Positions 48,721-59,900 of a DNA stretch of 64,000 nt are shown here, one piece after another. This stretch comes from Octopus sinensis (taxonomy: Eukaryota). The notes beneath the pieces are model-generated. The model was not told the DNA's origin. It did not search any database and worked only from the letters and a program-made list of their open reading frames with translations. The stretch covers positions 38,564,001 to 38,628,000 of the forward strand of contig NC_043015.1 of the NCBI RefSeq assembly GCF_006345805.1, in the 5' to 3' direction. The translations under genes were made by a program, and so were the position numbers. How positions within the stretch are numbered: the first letter of the stretch is position 1; each line of letters begins with the position of its first letter.

Positions 48721-50626
48721 ATTTTCAACAAGTTCATAATGAATAAGTTTTTCTTGTGTAACGAGTTGTGTCTGTGTGTCTGTGTGTATAAGGGAAAGAA
48801 TAGTTGGAGAAAGGGAGCAAGGCGTTGGCACCGAGGGGAAGCAATTCTCACAACATTGGGTTTATATTAGGATAAGCAGTTGCGTGATTTGAGGGGTTTT
48901 TTTTAAAATTTATTATTTATTTATATGGTTTTGTTTTGTTTTTATATGTACTGGAAATAGGCAATAATCGGTGTTACGTGCGGTTATCTAATTCAACCAT
49001 GCAGGACTTTCAGGCACGCTTAACGAAAGATTAGATTCAATTCTTTAGCTGTGCGACCTGGCAACTGACGATAAAGGTTGCCAAGCCCGATCTAGTTTAA
49101 TATGGTTTTGGTTTTATTCGGTTTATGAAAATTTTATTAGTTTTTTTTAAAATTTATTTATTTCTATCTTAATTTCGAGTTTGTTTCAGAAAAGGGGTGT
49201 ATATTCATTTTATTCATTATAATGTATACCAATCACAGGCAGATTGTGGCCCGCGGGGCTTTCACTGTGACACGCCTAACGAAAAATTTCCCTCCAGATT
49301 TTTAGTTGTGTGGCCCTCCTAATGGTGAGCCATGCGGCCCATTTTTCGAAAAATGTTGTTCACGCCTGATACAAACAGTTACTCATAAAGGGTGTACACA
49401 CACACACACACACACCACACACACACAAATATTTTCTTCAATATTAATTTGGTCTGAGAGAGGATTATGTCATGGTTTTCGCAGGAGCTCTGAAATGGCA
49501 AGATCGACGCTATAAATATTCCTCTTGGAATTTTAAAAGTCACAGGAAAGTCACGTGCGGAAAGGAAATTCTTGAAAACTGACTTACGGGGTGAGAAAGA
49601 AGGGATTTCTTTCGGTTTGGAATCACAAACTGAAAATGGAAGATTGTTGACACCATTCATTCGGCTGATCCCTACTCCACCTTTCTTTTATTTTCCTTTC
49701 AAATATTTCTTCAAACTCCCTATTTTCAGCAATGGAGATAACGATTATGCAAAAGAAAAAGAAAAAAAGGTTTTCTAAGTTTTAATTCCCCACCTCCTCC
49801 GCCACCAATGTCATCATCACCACTAACTTTTTTAACTTTTCGAAATTTTTTTTTTTAATTCTACGATTTAAAATATGGAAATTACGAATCTGGGTTTGTT
49901 TTTTCTTCAAAATTTTAATTCCGATTGCTTAAAATAATTTTTCTTTTTCAATTCGTGGTCATAAACCGAAAGAATGCCGAAAACAAGGACGGGACGAAGT
50001 GCTGGGTACGAGGTCAGCTGTAAGTAAGGGTCGGTAAACAGAATGTGGGTGACAAACTGGGAGACGATTGGGTTGGGGGAGGGGATACAAAACCAACAAT
50101 CTCGGAAAAATAAAGGCCATTGTCATAGCAACAGAAAAGGAAGAGAAAGAGAGAGAGAGAGAGGAGGAGGAGAGAGCGATGGCATCATGTGTCTGGTCAG
50201 AATTTGGAGTGCGTTGATGAACCACTTCTCTGTCTGACTCTGAGGCCCAATCCACATAATATCTACGTTCGTACATAACCCACGCGTTCGCACGTACTCA
50301 GCTATCGGCTAAAGTGTTTCTTGTACGAATTGTCCATTTTAATGGTAAGAGCATAACAATGCGTTGAAGTGTTTCTGTGCTGAGAAAAAAAACAAAAACC
50401 CAGCGAATGTGCGTAACATTAACAGTGAATTAATTTTAGTATTAAATCTTAAATTGTTTTGTTTTTGGATTTGGCTTGCAAGATTCTTTATATGAGTTCG
50501 TGTGTTGAAGCATATTCTGTTGTGTCTGGGGAGAGTCATTTTCTTTTTGTGCCTTATAATGTAACACATTCACTGGTAAAATTTCCACTTAATTCTTATT
50601 TTCATTTTCCTAAAATTTTTGTTGCG

Positions 50627-50711
50627 TCTTGCAACCTTTTCAATAGTCTTGACTCTTGCAACCTTTTCAAGAGTCTTGACTCTTGCAACCTTTTCAAGAG
50701 TTTTGACTCTT
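50627..50711. repeat. 27-bp tandem repeat x3 (TCTTGCAACCTTTTCAAGAGTCTTGAC)
   Basis: Units at 50627, 50654 and 50681, each with 0-1 mismatches. Confidence 0.95.
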
Positions 50712-52339
50712 TTAAATTGTTCTTTCCATGTTTTTTCTTTAGAAATTACCTTCACTGGACAATTTCAAATTTAAGCTTGGGCGGAAAAGGTTAGTCAATC
50801 ACATCGACCCCAGTACTTGACTGGTACTTTATTTTATCGAATCCGAAAGGATGAAAAGCAAAGTTGGCCACGCCAGAATTTGAACTCAGAACGTAATGAC
50901 AGACGAAATACCGCTAAGCATTTCGCCCAGCGTGCTAACATTTCTACCAACTCGCTGCCTTAAATCTAGCTCTAATAATCATCTTGTAGGTGGTGCCCCA
51001 GTATGACCGCAGTGTAATGACTGAAACAAATAAAGGAACAAGAGAAAAGAAAGAATAAACACCGTTGTCATCTTGATTGGCAGAATCGTCAGAATATTAG
51101 AAAAAATGTCCTGGGCGATCTTTCGGTACAAGTACCATAACTGCCAATTGTAAACCCACGTGGGTTTATTTACATTTCTGAAGAAAAAAGAAACCCTTTT
51201 CCCCCACCCCTAACCCTAACCCCACATATATAAAAAAAAAACTTTACGGAAAGTGACAATCTTCTTCTTCAAATGTAAACAAACAGACTTGGCAATTATG
51301 GTATTTGTACCGAATGCCTTGTGAGGCATTCCTTCGGTATTGGTTTTCAGAGGAGACGACATCATTCACCCTCTTTATCCATGTCATGAAGGAATATTGT
51401 GTGGATAATGATATTGTATTCCATTATCGAAGGACTGCCGTTGATGAAATAAAGCAGCCGTCATGTCTTGAAGTCAATGATATCAATTAACGGCCTTTCC
51501 TCGAAAATTCCAGGCCTTGTGCATAAATAAGAAACTTATTAATTAAAAGAGGAGAGAGAAAAAAACTCATTACTATTTTTTAGTGGAGATGGTCACTTGA
51601 TATTCACCAGTTTGAGATCCAGTGATGGGTGGGAGACGGCGCAAAGCATCCGTAATCGGTGGATCAACGAAATAGTGGAGTCTGCTAAGCTTCAGTTGTG
51701 ACCTTTTGCTGATGATGGCTGAGACGAGATGCGAGAAATAAAACAAAATGAAAACGAAAATTTAAAAAAAATTGCCCCTAATTTGCTTTTAAAGGTCTCA
51801 GGCAAAGCATTAGTGGAGTTTCGTGGATATTTTAAAAGAGATGGTGGCATAATTTGCACCACTTTAAATACTAAACTGAAATTTGTTGCTTAGATTCCTT
51901 ACGCGTGTTTGAAGTCGGATGTGTTGATCAAATATGTGTATGTTTGGGTGTGTGTGCATGAGTGTGTGTGTGCTTGTGTCTGTGTATTTTCTTTTGTTGT
52001 TTTATTTTTTCCTAATCGTTGGACTGTGGCCATGCTGCAGCACAGTGTCGAAGTTGTTCAGTCGATCAAATCTTTTCTCTGTACCGTTTTTTTTAAAAAA
52101 AAGTCTGGTGCATATTGTATCCATTGCCATTTGCCGAACCACTAAGTCATAAGAATGTAAACAAACCAACACTGGCTGTCAAATGGTGAGAGACAAACAC
52201 AAATACACACCCCTATACACACGTATACACTTATGCATTAATGCACCTATGCAAATGTATGTATGTATGTGTCCAGATTTGTATGTTTTGTTTTATGTAT
52301 GTCTTGTCATGTGGGTAGTGGGTAGCGATTTTCTTCACT

Positions 52340-52680
52340 ACTTCAGGGAGTGATGACCCTGCCTGACACGAGTCCCGGGCTCAGCTGGCTCCGGCTGACA
52401 GTACCCAGTATGGGCCCCTATCCAGGGTTACGGAAAGGAGACAACCTTCAAAGAAATCCGGAGTGGAGCCCCGTAGGCGGTTTAGTGTTCGACTCGACAT
52501 CCTTCCGGCAGCTCCTCCTGCAACCAAGCTGGTGCCAAACGTAATGCTCTGCACCCCTTTGGACTACATCAGCAAGGTCGAGAGCGGAATCCTGACGATT
52601 GGGCTACCCAAGATTTTCTTACATCTAGCCCAGGCCTGCGCAAAACTGGAGAGGACATGAAATGTAAAAACCAGACTGGA
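52340..52680 (+). mobile_element. GC-rich, probable LINE (RTE-like) 5' region
   Basis: An abrupt GC-rich island with several short stems and no splice-consistent ORF. It resembles retroposon 5'UTRs (recalled, not verified). Confidence 0.4.
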
Positions 52681-54325
52681 TTAGTTTATGCGCAACTCCA
52701 TTGTCTCCCGAGACAAAAGGATACCAACAACAATGTCTTGTCATACATATAGTTGCATATCTAGACATGCTCTTGTATACTTAAATGATAAACTTCTGGA
52801 AGGTTTTTACAGGTGTAACCCTATGTACGTATGTTTCTATGTCAAATGTACAAAAGAGGTGCAGTTATTTTAAAATTGGAAGGCATTCTTATTAAAACGG
52901 TATGAATGACAAAAGAAAGAATAGAAAAAGAGAGAGAAATGAAAGAAAGAAGGAAGGAAAGAAAGAAGCTCAAACAATTAAGCTTGCCAGTTGCGTTGGC
53001 GGTCTCCAGGACAATGGTTTAAGTTTGCTGTTTGCTGAGTTGGTCCATTTTTGTAATAAAAAATATATACTATATTTGTTGGAAACCTATTAAAACATGA
53101 CTCAAAAGGAAAGCCATATTATTGTGACGGTATTAAAAGTACTTACACTCGTAATGACATTGCATTTTAAATATGAAGCTTAAGAGACAGCGAAGGCACG
53201 TGGCCTAATGGTTAGGGTGTGTCATGGCATTGTGTACTTGAGTGAAAGATTTCGTTTTCTATGGCTCCAGTCCATTCAGATCCTGTCAGTTGTAGCACAT
53301 AGCAGATATTTTCTTATTTCTTTATTGCAAAAATAATCAAATATCTATTTCTTTACTACCCACAAAGGCTAAACATAGAGGAGACAAACAAGGTCAGACA
53401 GACGGATTAAGTCGATTACATCAGCCCCAGTGCGCAACTGGTACTTAATTTATCGACCCCGATGAAAAGCAAGCTACAGCAGAACAAGAACACCAAGAGA
53501 GAAAGATGTTTTATGTGACACATTCTACCAGTATACGAAGTTTAAAAGTGTTTAGTTACAAAGAAATTATTTTAAAAATCTGACGGTCAAAGTGAAAAGA
53601 TCCCTACTTTCCATAATTGATCACGTATTCAGTATAAATTTCGTGTCCCATTCTAAAGTACAACGAACTTCTCAGGGACTGAAGTCAGTTGAAATGTTAC
53701 CCTTGCAACAGCTAATCATTAAACAGTGTATCATTACTTTAGAATTTCACAAAGAACAACATCCTATTACATATTATTAAATGCACAGCAGCCTCAATAG
53801 CAAGCTGACATTTCTGATGCTACGGCTACGCATATATTTCAATACATTTTAAATGTTATCTGTAAACACCGTCATTTTAAAAAAAATGTTCTCTTCCTGA
53901 AGTTGAGGAATGGCGTGTTTTATATGTCCACAGTTCTCATATGTCATCAAATACAGCAACTTTAAAAGACTTTTTTCTTTCTTTTTTTTTTTTTAAATTA
54001 CACTAGAGTAATTCATGTTTAATTATGTTTTATGGAATAGCATGGGTTTAGCAAGATAAAATCTTTTGTTTCAGTTTGGCCTCGTCAACTGGTAGCTTGA
54101 TTTCAGTATGGGCTTCCATCATTAGAAAAAAAAAGTTTCTCACCCCTGCTCTACTGTTTAAGGCAAAAGCACTTAACAAAGTTTGTGTTTTGGCACAGAA
54201 CTTTTGGCACCTGAGTGAATTATGTGGCTTTAAAGCTAGTGAAGAATATGCATGTATGTCTGTATGCATGCACATACATACATACATACAGTGTGTTTGA
54301 GGCAAATTTGACAATTATTTATGTG

Positions 54326-54632
54326 TAACTAGCAGTATCGCCCGGCGTTGCTCGGGTTTGTAAGGGAAATAACTATATAAGCATTTATATAGAGTTACTT
54401 CCCTTATATAAACCGAGCAAAAATGCATTAAAAAACGAAAAAATGATGGTAAATTTTTTTTTAAATCGTAGACTCATCGTAGACGCGCGCTAATACCCAG
54501 AAGGGCTCGATATGAATTACGACTATAAAATAACCGCTTTTGGTTAAACTGCACCGCAAAATTTCGGAGTAGTTAGGAATCTAAATCGGAGGAGACAGAC
54601 TCTCACACAATTTCAGTTTTATATATAAAGAT
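54326..54632 (+). mobile_element. Non-autonomous Helitron/Helentron-type element (HINE/DINE-like)
   Basis: Starts ACTAGCAGTATCGCCCGGCGTTGCTCGGG with a subterminal inverted repeat. Ends ...GACAGAC...TTTTATATATAAAGAT, the typical architecture of these elements. Confidence 0.65.
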
Positions 54633-54719
54633 GTCTCCTACAGAAATATCACATAATCTACATTTTTGCCTGCATTTTGGGACCCTAATGGCTTCACGGT
54701 CTCTTTTGTTGATTAGGTA

Positions 54720-56008
54720 TTGGGTCATTCCATAAATAATGCATTTTTTTCATTTACATGAAGCAAAAGTTGGAAGGAGACGGGATAAACTACCTGCATC
54801 TACTTGCTATAAAAGCAGATAGTAATTTTACCTTGTACTTATTCTTAGTGCAAATTTAGAAGAGTGCAGTTCGATTTTAACACTTATTTTCCCAAAGCTA
54901 TAATGGAAGTGAAAAAGGGACATATTCAGCATATTTTGCTTTATCAGTTCAATAAAGACAACAATGCGACGGAAAGTGTGAGGAATATTAATGCAGTATA
55001 TGGGGATTGGACAATAAGCGTAAGCCAGTGTCAACGGTGGTTCCAGAAGTTCCGAGCCAGAAACTACAGCCTAGAAGATGAGCCTCATCCTGGAAGATCT
55101 GTAAAGTTCAACGAGGATGTCCTGCAAACCCTGGTGGAACAAAATTCCATTGTAAGTGTTGAGGAACTAGCAGAGAAGCTTGGATTTTGTCATTCAACCA
55201 TTCATCAACACCTGTGTGCCATTGGAAAAGTCAGCAAGTTGGAAATTGGGTCAATGGGTTTCTCACAAGCTTTCCAAGTCTAATCACACTCAGAGAGTGA
55301 AGGAGAACTCTTCTTTGCTGTCACATCTCACAATGAACCTTTTTTAGACTGAATAGTGACAAGAAATGGGTTCTCTATAAAAATGTCAAGCACCAAAGAC
55401 AATAGGTATGGAAAGGAGTAACACCGGCACCCCAGGCTAAAGAAGGCCTTCCCCCTCGTAAGGTGTTGTTATCTGTTTTATGGGATATGAAAAGTTTAGT
55501 GTACTTTGAACACTTAAACCGAAACCAAACGATAACAAAGGAGATTTACTGTGAGCAGCTTGAGCTGCTTAAGTCAGCACTAGAAGAAGAATGACCGTCT
55601 TTGGTTTCAAGACAAAAGGTGTTCTTCCATCAGGATAATGCTCAGCCACATACAGTGAGGATGACACTCTAAACGCTGGAGCAGTATGAATGGGAAACGG
55701 TGCCCCACCTAATATACTTGTCAGACATTGCCCCATCTGATTATCATTTATTCTGCAGTCTTCAAAATCATTTGGATGGAAAAAATATGGTCTTTGTAGA
55801 TGAGGTCAGAACAGTAGTGGAGGAATATTTTTTTGTTACAGACAAGTGAATTTTGAAAGAGGGGCCTTGCAAGTCTACCAGATAGATGGAAGTGTATTGT
55901 AGAAAATGATGGAGAGTATATTTTAGATTAAAAAAAGAATTTTGTTTATCTTAATTTTGAAAAATAAAGAAGTATAAAAAAAGCCGTATTACTTCTGGAA
56001 TGACCCAA
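54720..56008 (+). mobile_element. Full-length inactive mariner (Tc1/mariner, DD34D) transposon, mellifera-like
   Basis: TA target duplications at 54718-19 and 56009-10. Imperfect TIRs TTGGGTCATTCCA(t/g)AA(a/g)TAAT. Length 1,289 bp, typical of mariners. Confidence 0.93.
54903..55931 (+). pseudogene. Mariner transposase pseudogene
   Basis: HTH region MEVKKGHIQHILLY...RWFQKFR...SLEDEPHPGR. Catalytic-region motifs FHQDNAQPHT and YLSDIAPSDYHLF, C-terminus ENDGEYILD*. Frameshifts and stops near GQWVSHK and the first catalytic Asp. Confidence 0.93.
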
Positions 56009-56229
56009 TATTCCATGGTAATCTCATGTTCTTGGATTGCAGCTGCACAGCCTTTGAAATGTGATATGATTAAGTAGCATATATGTTTGTATGTTATAAA
56101 TATAAATATGATATATGCGTAATAAATGCACAATATTTTATATATATAATATATACATTTATAGTGATAATTATATATATCTTATGTAATACAGTATATA
56201 TATAATATGTATGTACTACATGTGAAGAT

Positions 56230-56561
56230 GCATGGCTCAGTGGTTGGAGCATCGAGTTTACGATTGTGAGGTTGTGAATTCGAATCCCAGACCAGGCTGG
56301 GTGTTGTGTTCTTGAGCAAGACTCTTTATTTCTCATTGCTCCAGTTCACTCAGCTGCAGAAATGAGTTGCGACATCACAGGTGCCAAGCTGTATCGGCCC
56401 CTTTGCCTTTCCCTTGGATAACATCGGTGGCATGGAGAGGGGAGGCCGGTATGCATGGGTGACTGCTGGTCTTCCATAAACAACCTAGACTGGACTTGTG
56501 CCTCGGAGGGTAACTTTCTACGTGCAGTCCCATGGACAGTGTTGTGACCGAAGGGGGTCTC
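56230..56561 (+). mobile_element. tRNA-derived SINE, family C (CORE-like domain). Partial copies at ~4180-4290, 11720-11930, 12960-13190, 24760-24950 (-) and 33640-33810 (+)
   Basis: GGCTCAGTGGTT A box and GAATTCGAATCCC B box, followed by GTGTTCTTGAGCAAGAC.CTTTATTTC.CATTGCTCC. Confidence 0.75.
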
Positions 56562-56651
56562 AGAAGCAGCATGTACTACATATAATATATCTGTGTGTGT
56601 GTGTATACATACACACACACGTGCATGCACACACATATATATATAGATAAG

Positions 56652-56715
<64 letters not shown>

Positions 56716-56719
56716 TAGG

Positions 56720-56755
<36 letters not shown>

Positions 56756-56913
56756 TAGATAGGGAGGCTGACAAACAGAGAGAGACAGACAACTAATTTA
56801 ACTGTAATAAAAGTAGAGGAAATGAAATGTGAATTAATGTAAAGTCATAAAAGTTGCAAATATATTTAAGATTTTAGTAGAGACAGGTGTTGGTTCTGGT
56901 ACGACATTTTGTA

Positions 56914-59900
56914 ACCACCACCACCACTGCCACCACCACCACCACCATTTCTCCATCACCACCACCACCACCACCACCACCATTTCTCCATCACCATCAC
57001 CACCACTGCCACCACCACCACCACCATTTCTCCATCACCATCACCACCACTGCCACCACCACCATCACTGCCACCACCACCACCACCATTTCTCCATCAC
57101 CATCACCACCACTGCCACCACCACCATCACTGCCACCACCACCACCACTGCCACCACCACCACCACTTCCACCACCACGCACCATGTCTCCATCACCATC
57201 ACCACCACTGCCACCACCACCACCACTGCCACCACCACCACCACCACCACTTCCACCACCACCACCACCATTTCTCCATCACCATCACCACCACTGCCAC
57301 CACCACCACACACCACTGCCACCACCACCACCACCATTTCTCCATCACCATCACCACCACTGCCACCACCACCACCACTGCCACCACCACCACCACTGCC
57401 ACCACCACCACCACTGCCACCACCACCACCACTGCCACCACCACCACCACTTCCACCACCACCACCACCATTTCTCCTCACACACCACCATCACTGCCAC
57501 ACACCACCACCACTGCCACCACCACCACCACCACCATTTCTCCATCACCATCAACACCACTGCCACCACCACCACCACTGCCACCACCACCACCACTTCC
57601 ACCACCACCACCACCACCATTTCTCCATCACCATCACCACCACTGCCACCACCACCACCACTGCCACCACCACCACCACCATTTCTCCATCACCATCACC
57701 ACCACTGCCACCACCACCACCACTGCCACCACCACCACCACTGCCACCACCACCACCACTGCCACCACCACCACCACTGCCACCACCACCACCACTGCCA
57801 CCACCACCACCACTTCCACCACCACCACCACCATTTCTCCATCACCATCACCACCACTGCCACCACCACCATCACTGCCACCACCACCACCACCATTTCT
57901 CCATCACCATCACCACCACTGCCACCACCACCATCACTGCCACCACCACCACCACTTCCACCACCACCACCACCATTTCTCCATCACCATCACCACCACT
58001 GCCACCACCACCATCACTGCCACCACCACCACCACCATTTCTCCATCACCATCACCACCACTGCCACCACCACCATCACTGCCCACCACCACCACCACTG
58101 CCAACCACCACCAACAACCACCATTTCTCCATCACCATCACCACCACTGCCACCACCACCACCACTGCCACCACCACCTCACTGCCACCACACCACCACT
58201 GCCACCCACCACACTGCCACCACCACCACCACTGCCACCACCCCACCACCACTTCCACCACCACCACCACCCTTTTCTCCCATCACCATCACCACCACTG
58301 CCACCACCACCATCACTGCCACCACCACACCACCATTTCTCCATCACCATCACCACCACTGCCACCACCACCATCACTGCCACCACCACCACCACCATTT
58401 CTCCATCACCATCACCACCACTGCCACCACCACCATCACTGCCACCACCACCACCACTGCCACCACCACCACCACTGCCACCACCACCACCACTGCCACC
58501 ACCACCACCACTGCCACCACCACCACACTTCCACCACCACCACCACCATTTCTAAATCACCATCACCACCACTGCCACCACCACCATCACTGCCACCCAC
58601 CACCCCTGCCACCAACCACCACCACCATTTCTCCATCACCATCACCACCACTTGCCACCACCACCACCACTGCCACCACCACCACCACTGCCACCACCAC
58701 CACCACTGCCACCACACACCACCATCACTGCCACCACCACCACCACTGCAAACCCACCACACCACTTCCACCCCACCACCACCATTCTCCATCACCATCA
58801 CCACCACTGCCACCACCACCATCACTGCCACCACCACCACCACCATTTCTCCATCACCATCACCACCACTGCCACCACCACCATCACTGCCACCACCACC
58901 ACCACCATTCTCCATCACCATCACCACCACTGCCACCACCACATCACTGCCACCACCACCACCACTCCACCACCACCACCACCTTTCTCCATCACCATCC
59001 CCACCACTGCCACCACCACCACCACCATTTCTCCATCACCATCACCACCATGCCACCACCACCACCTGCCACCACCACCACCACTGCCACCACCACCACC
59101 ACTGCCACCACCACCACCATCACTGCCACCACCACCACCACTGCCACACCACACCACTTACCACCACCACCACCACATTTCTCCATCACCATCACCACCA
59201 CTGCCACCACCACCACCACTGCACCACCCCCCCCACCATTTCTCCATCACCATCACCACCACTGCCACCACCACCATCACTGCCACCACCACCACACTTC
59301 CACCACCACCACCACCATTCTCCATCACCATCACCACCACTGCCACCACCACCATCACTGCCACCACCACCACCACCTTTCTCCCCACCCTCCCCACCAC
59401 CACTGCCACCACCACCATCACTGCCACCACACCACAACTTCCACCACCACCACCACCATTTCTCCATCACCATCACCACCACTGCCACCACCACCATCAC
59501 TGCCACCACCACCACCACCATTTCTCCATCACCATCACCCACACTGCCACCCACCACCACCACTGCCACCACCACCACTGCCACCACCACCATCACTGCC
59601 ACCACACCACACTGCCACCACCACCACCACTCCACCACCACCACACACTGCACCACCACCACCACCATTTCTCCATCACAATCACCACCACTGCCACCAC
59701 CACCACCACCATTTTCCATCACCATCACCACCACTGCCACCACCACCCACACTGCCACCACCACCACCACTGCCACCACCACCACCACTGCCACCACCAC
59801 CATCACTGCCACCACCACCACCACTGCCACCACCACCACCACTGCCACCACCACCACCACATTTCTCCATCACCATCACCACCACTGCCACCACCACCAC

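Noticed and set aside
50160-50379. TGA-readthrough exon joining a strong acceptor to ORF 49959-50276
   Set aside because: No selenoprotein-like motif, and the frame runs into a CT microsatellite.
50627-50711. CRISPR-like array
   Set aside because: The repeats are contiguous with no spacers, the context is eukaryotic, and there are no cas genes.
51250-51540. Minus frame with three in-frame TGA codons (selenoprotein or alternative genetic code)
   Set aside because: The TGAs are the antisense of TCA codons in a short plus-strand ORF. There is no SECIS and no recognisable protein, so chance is sufficient.
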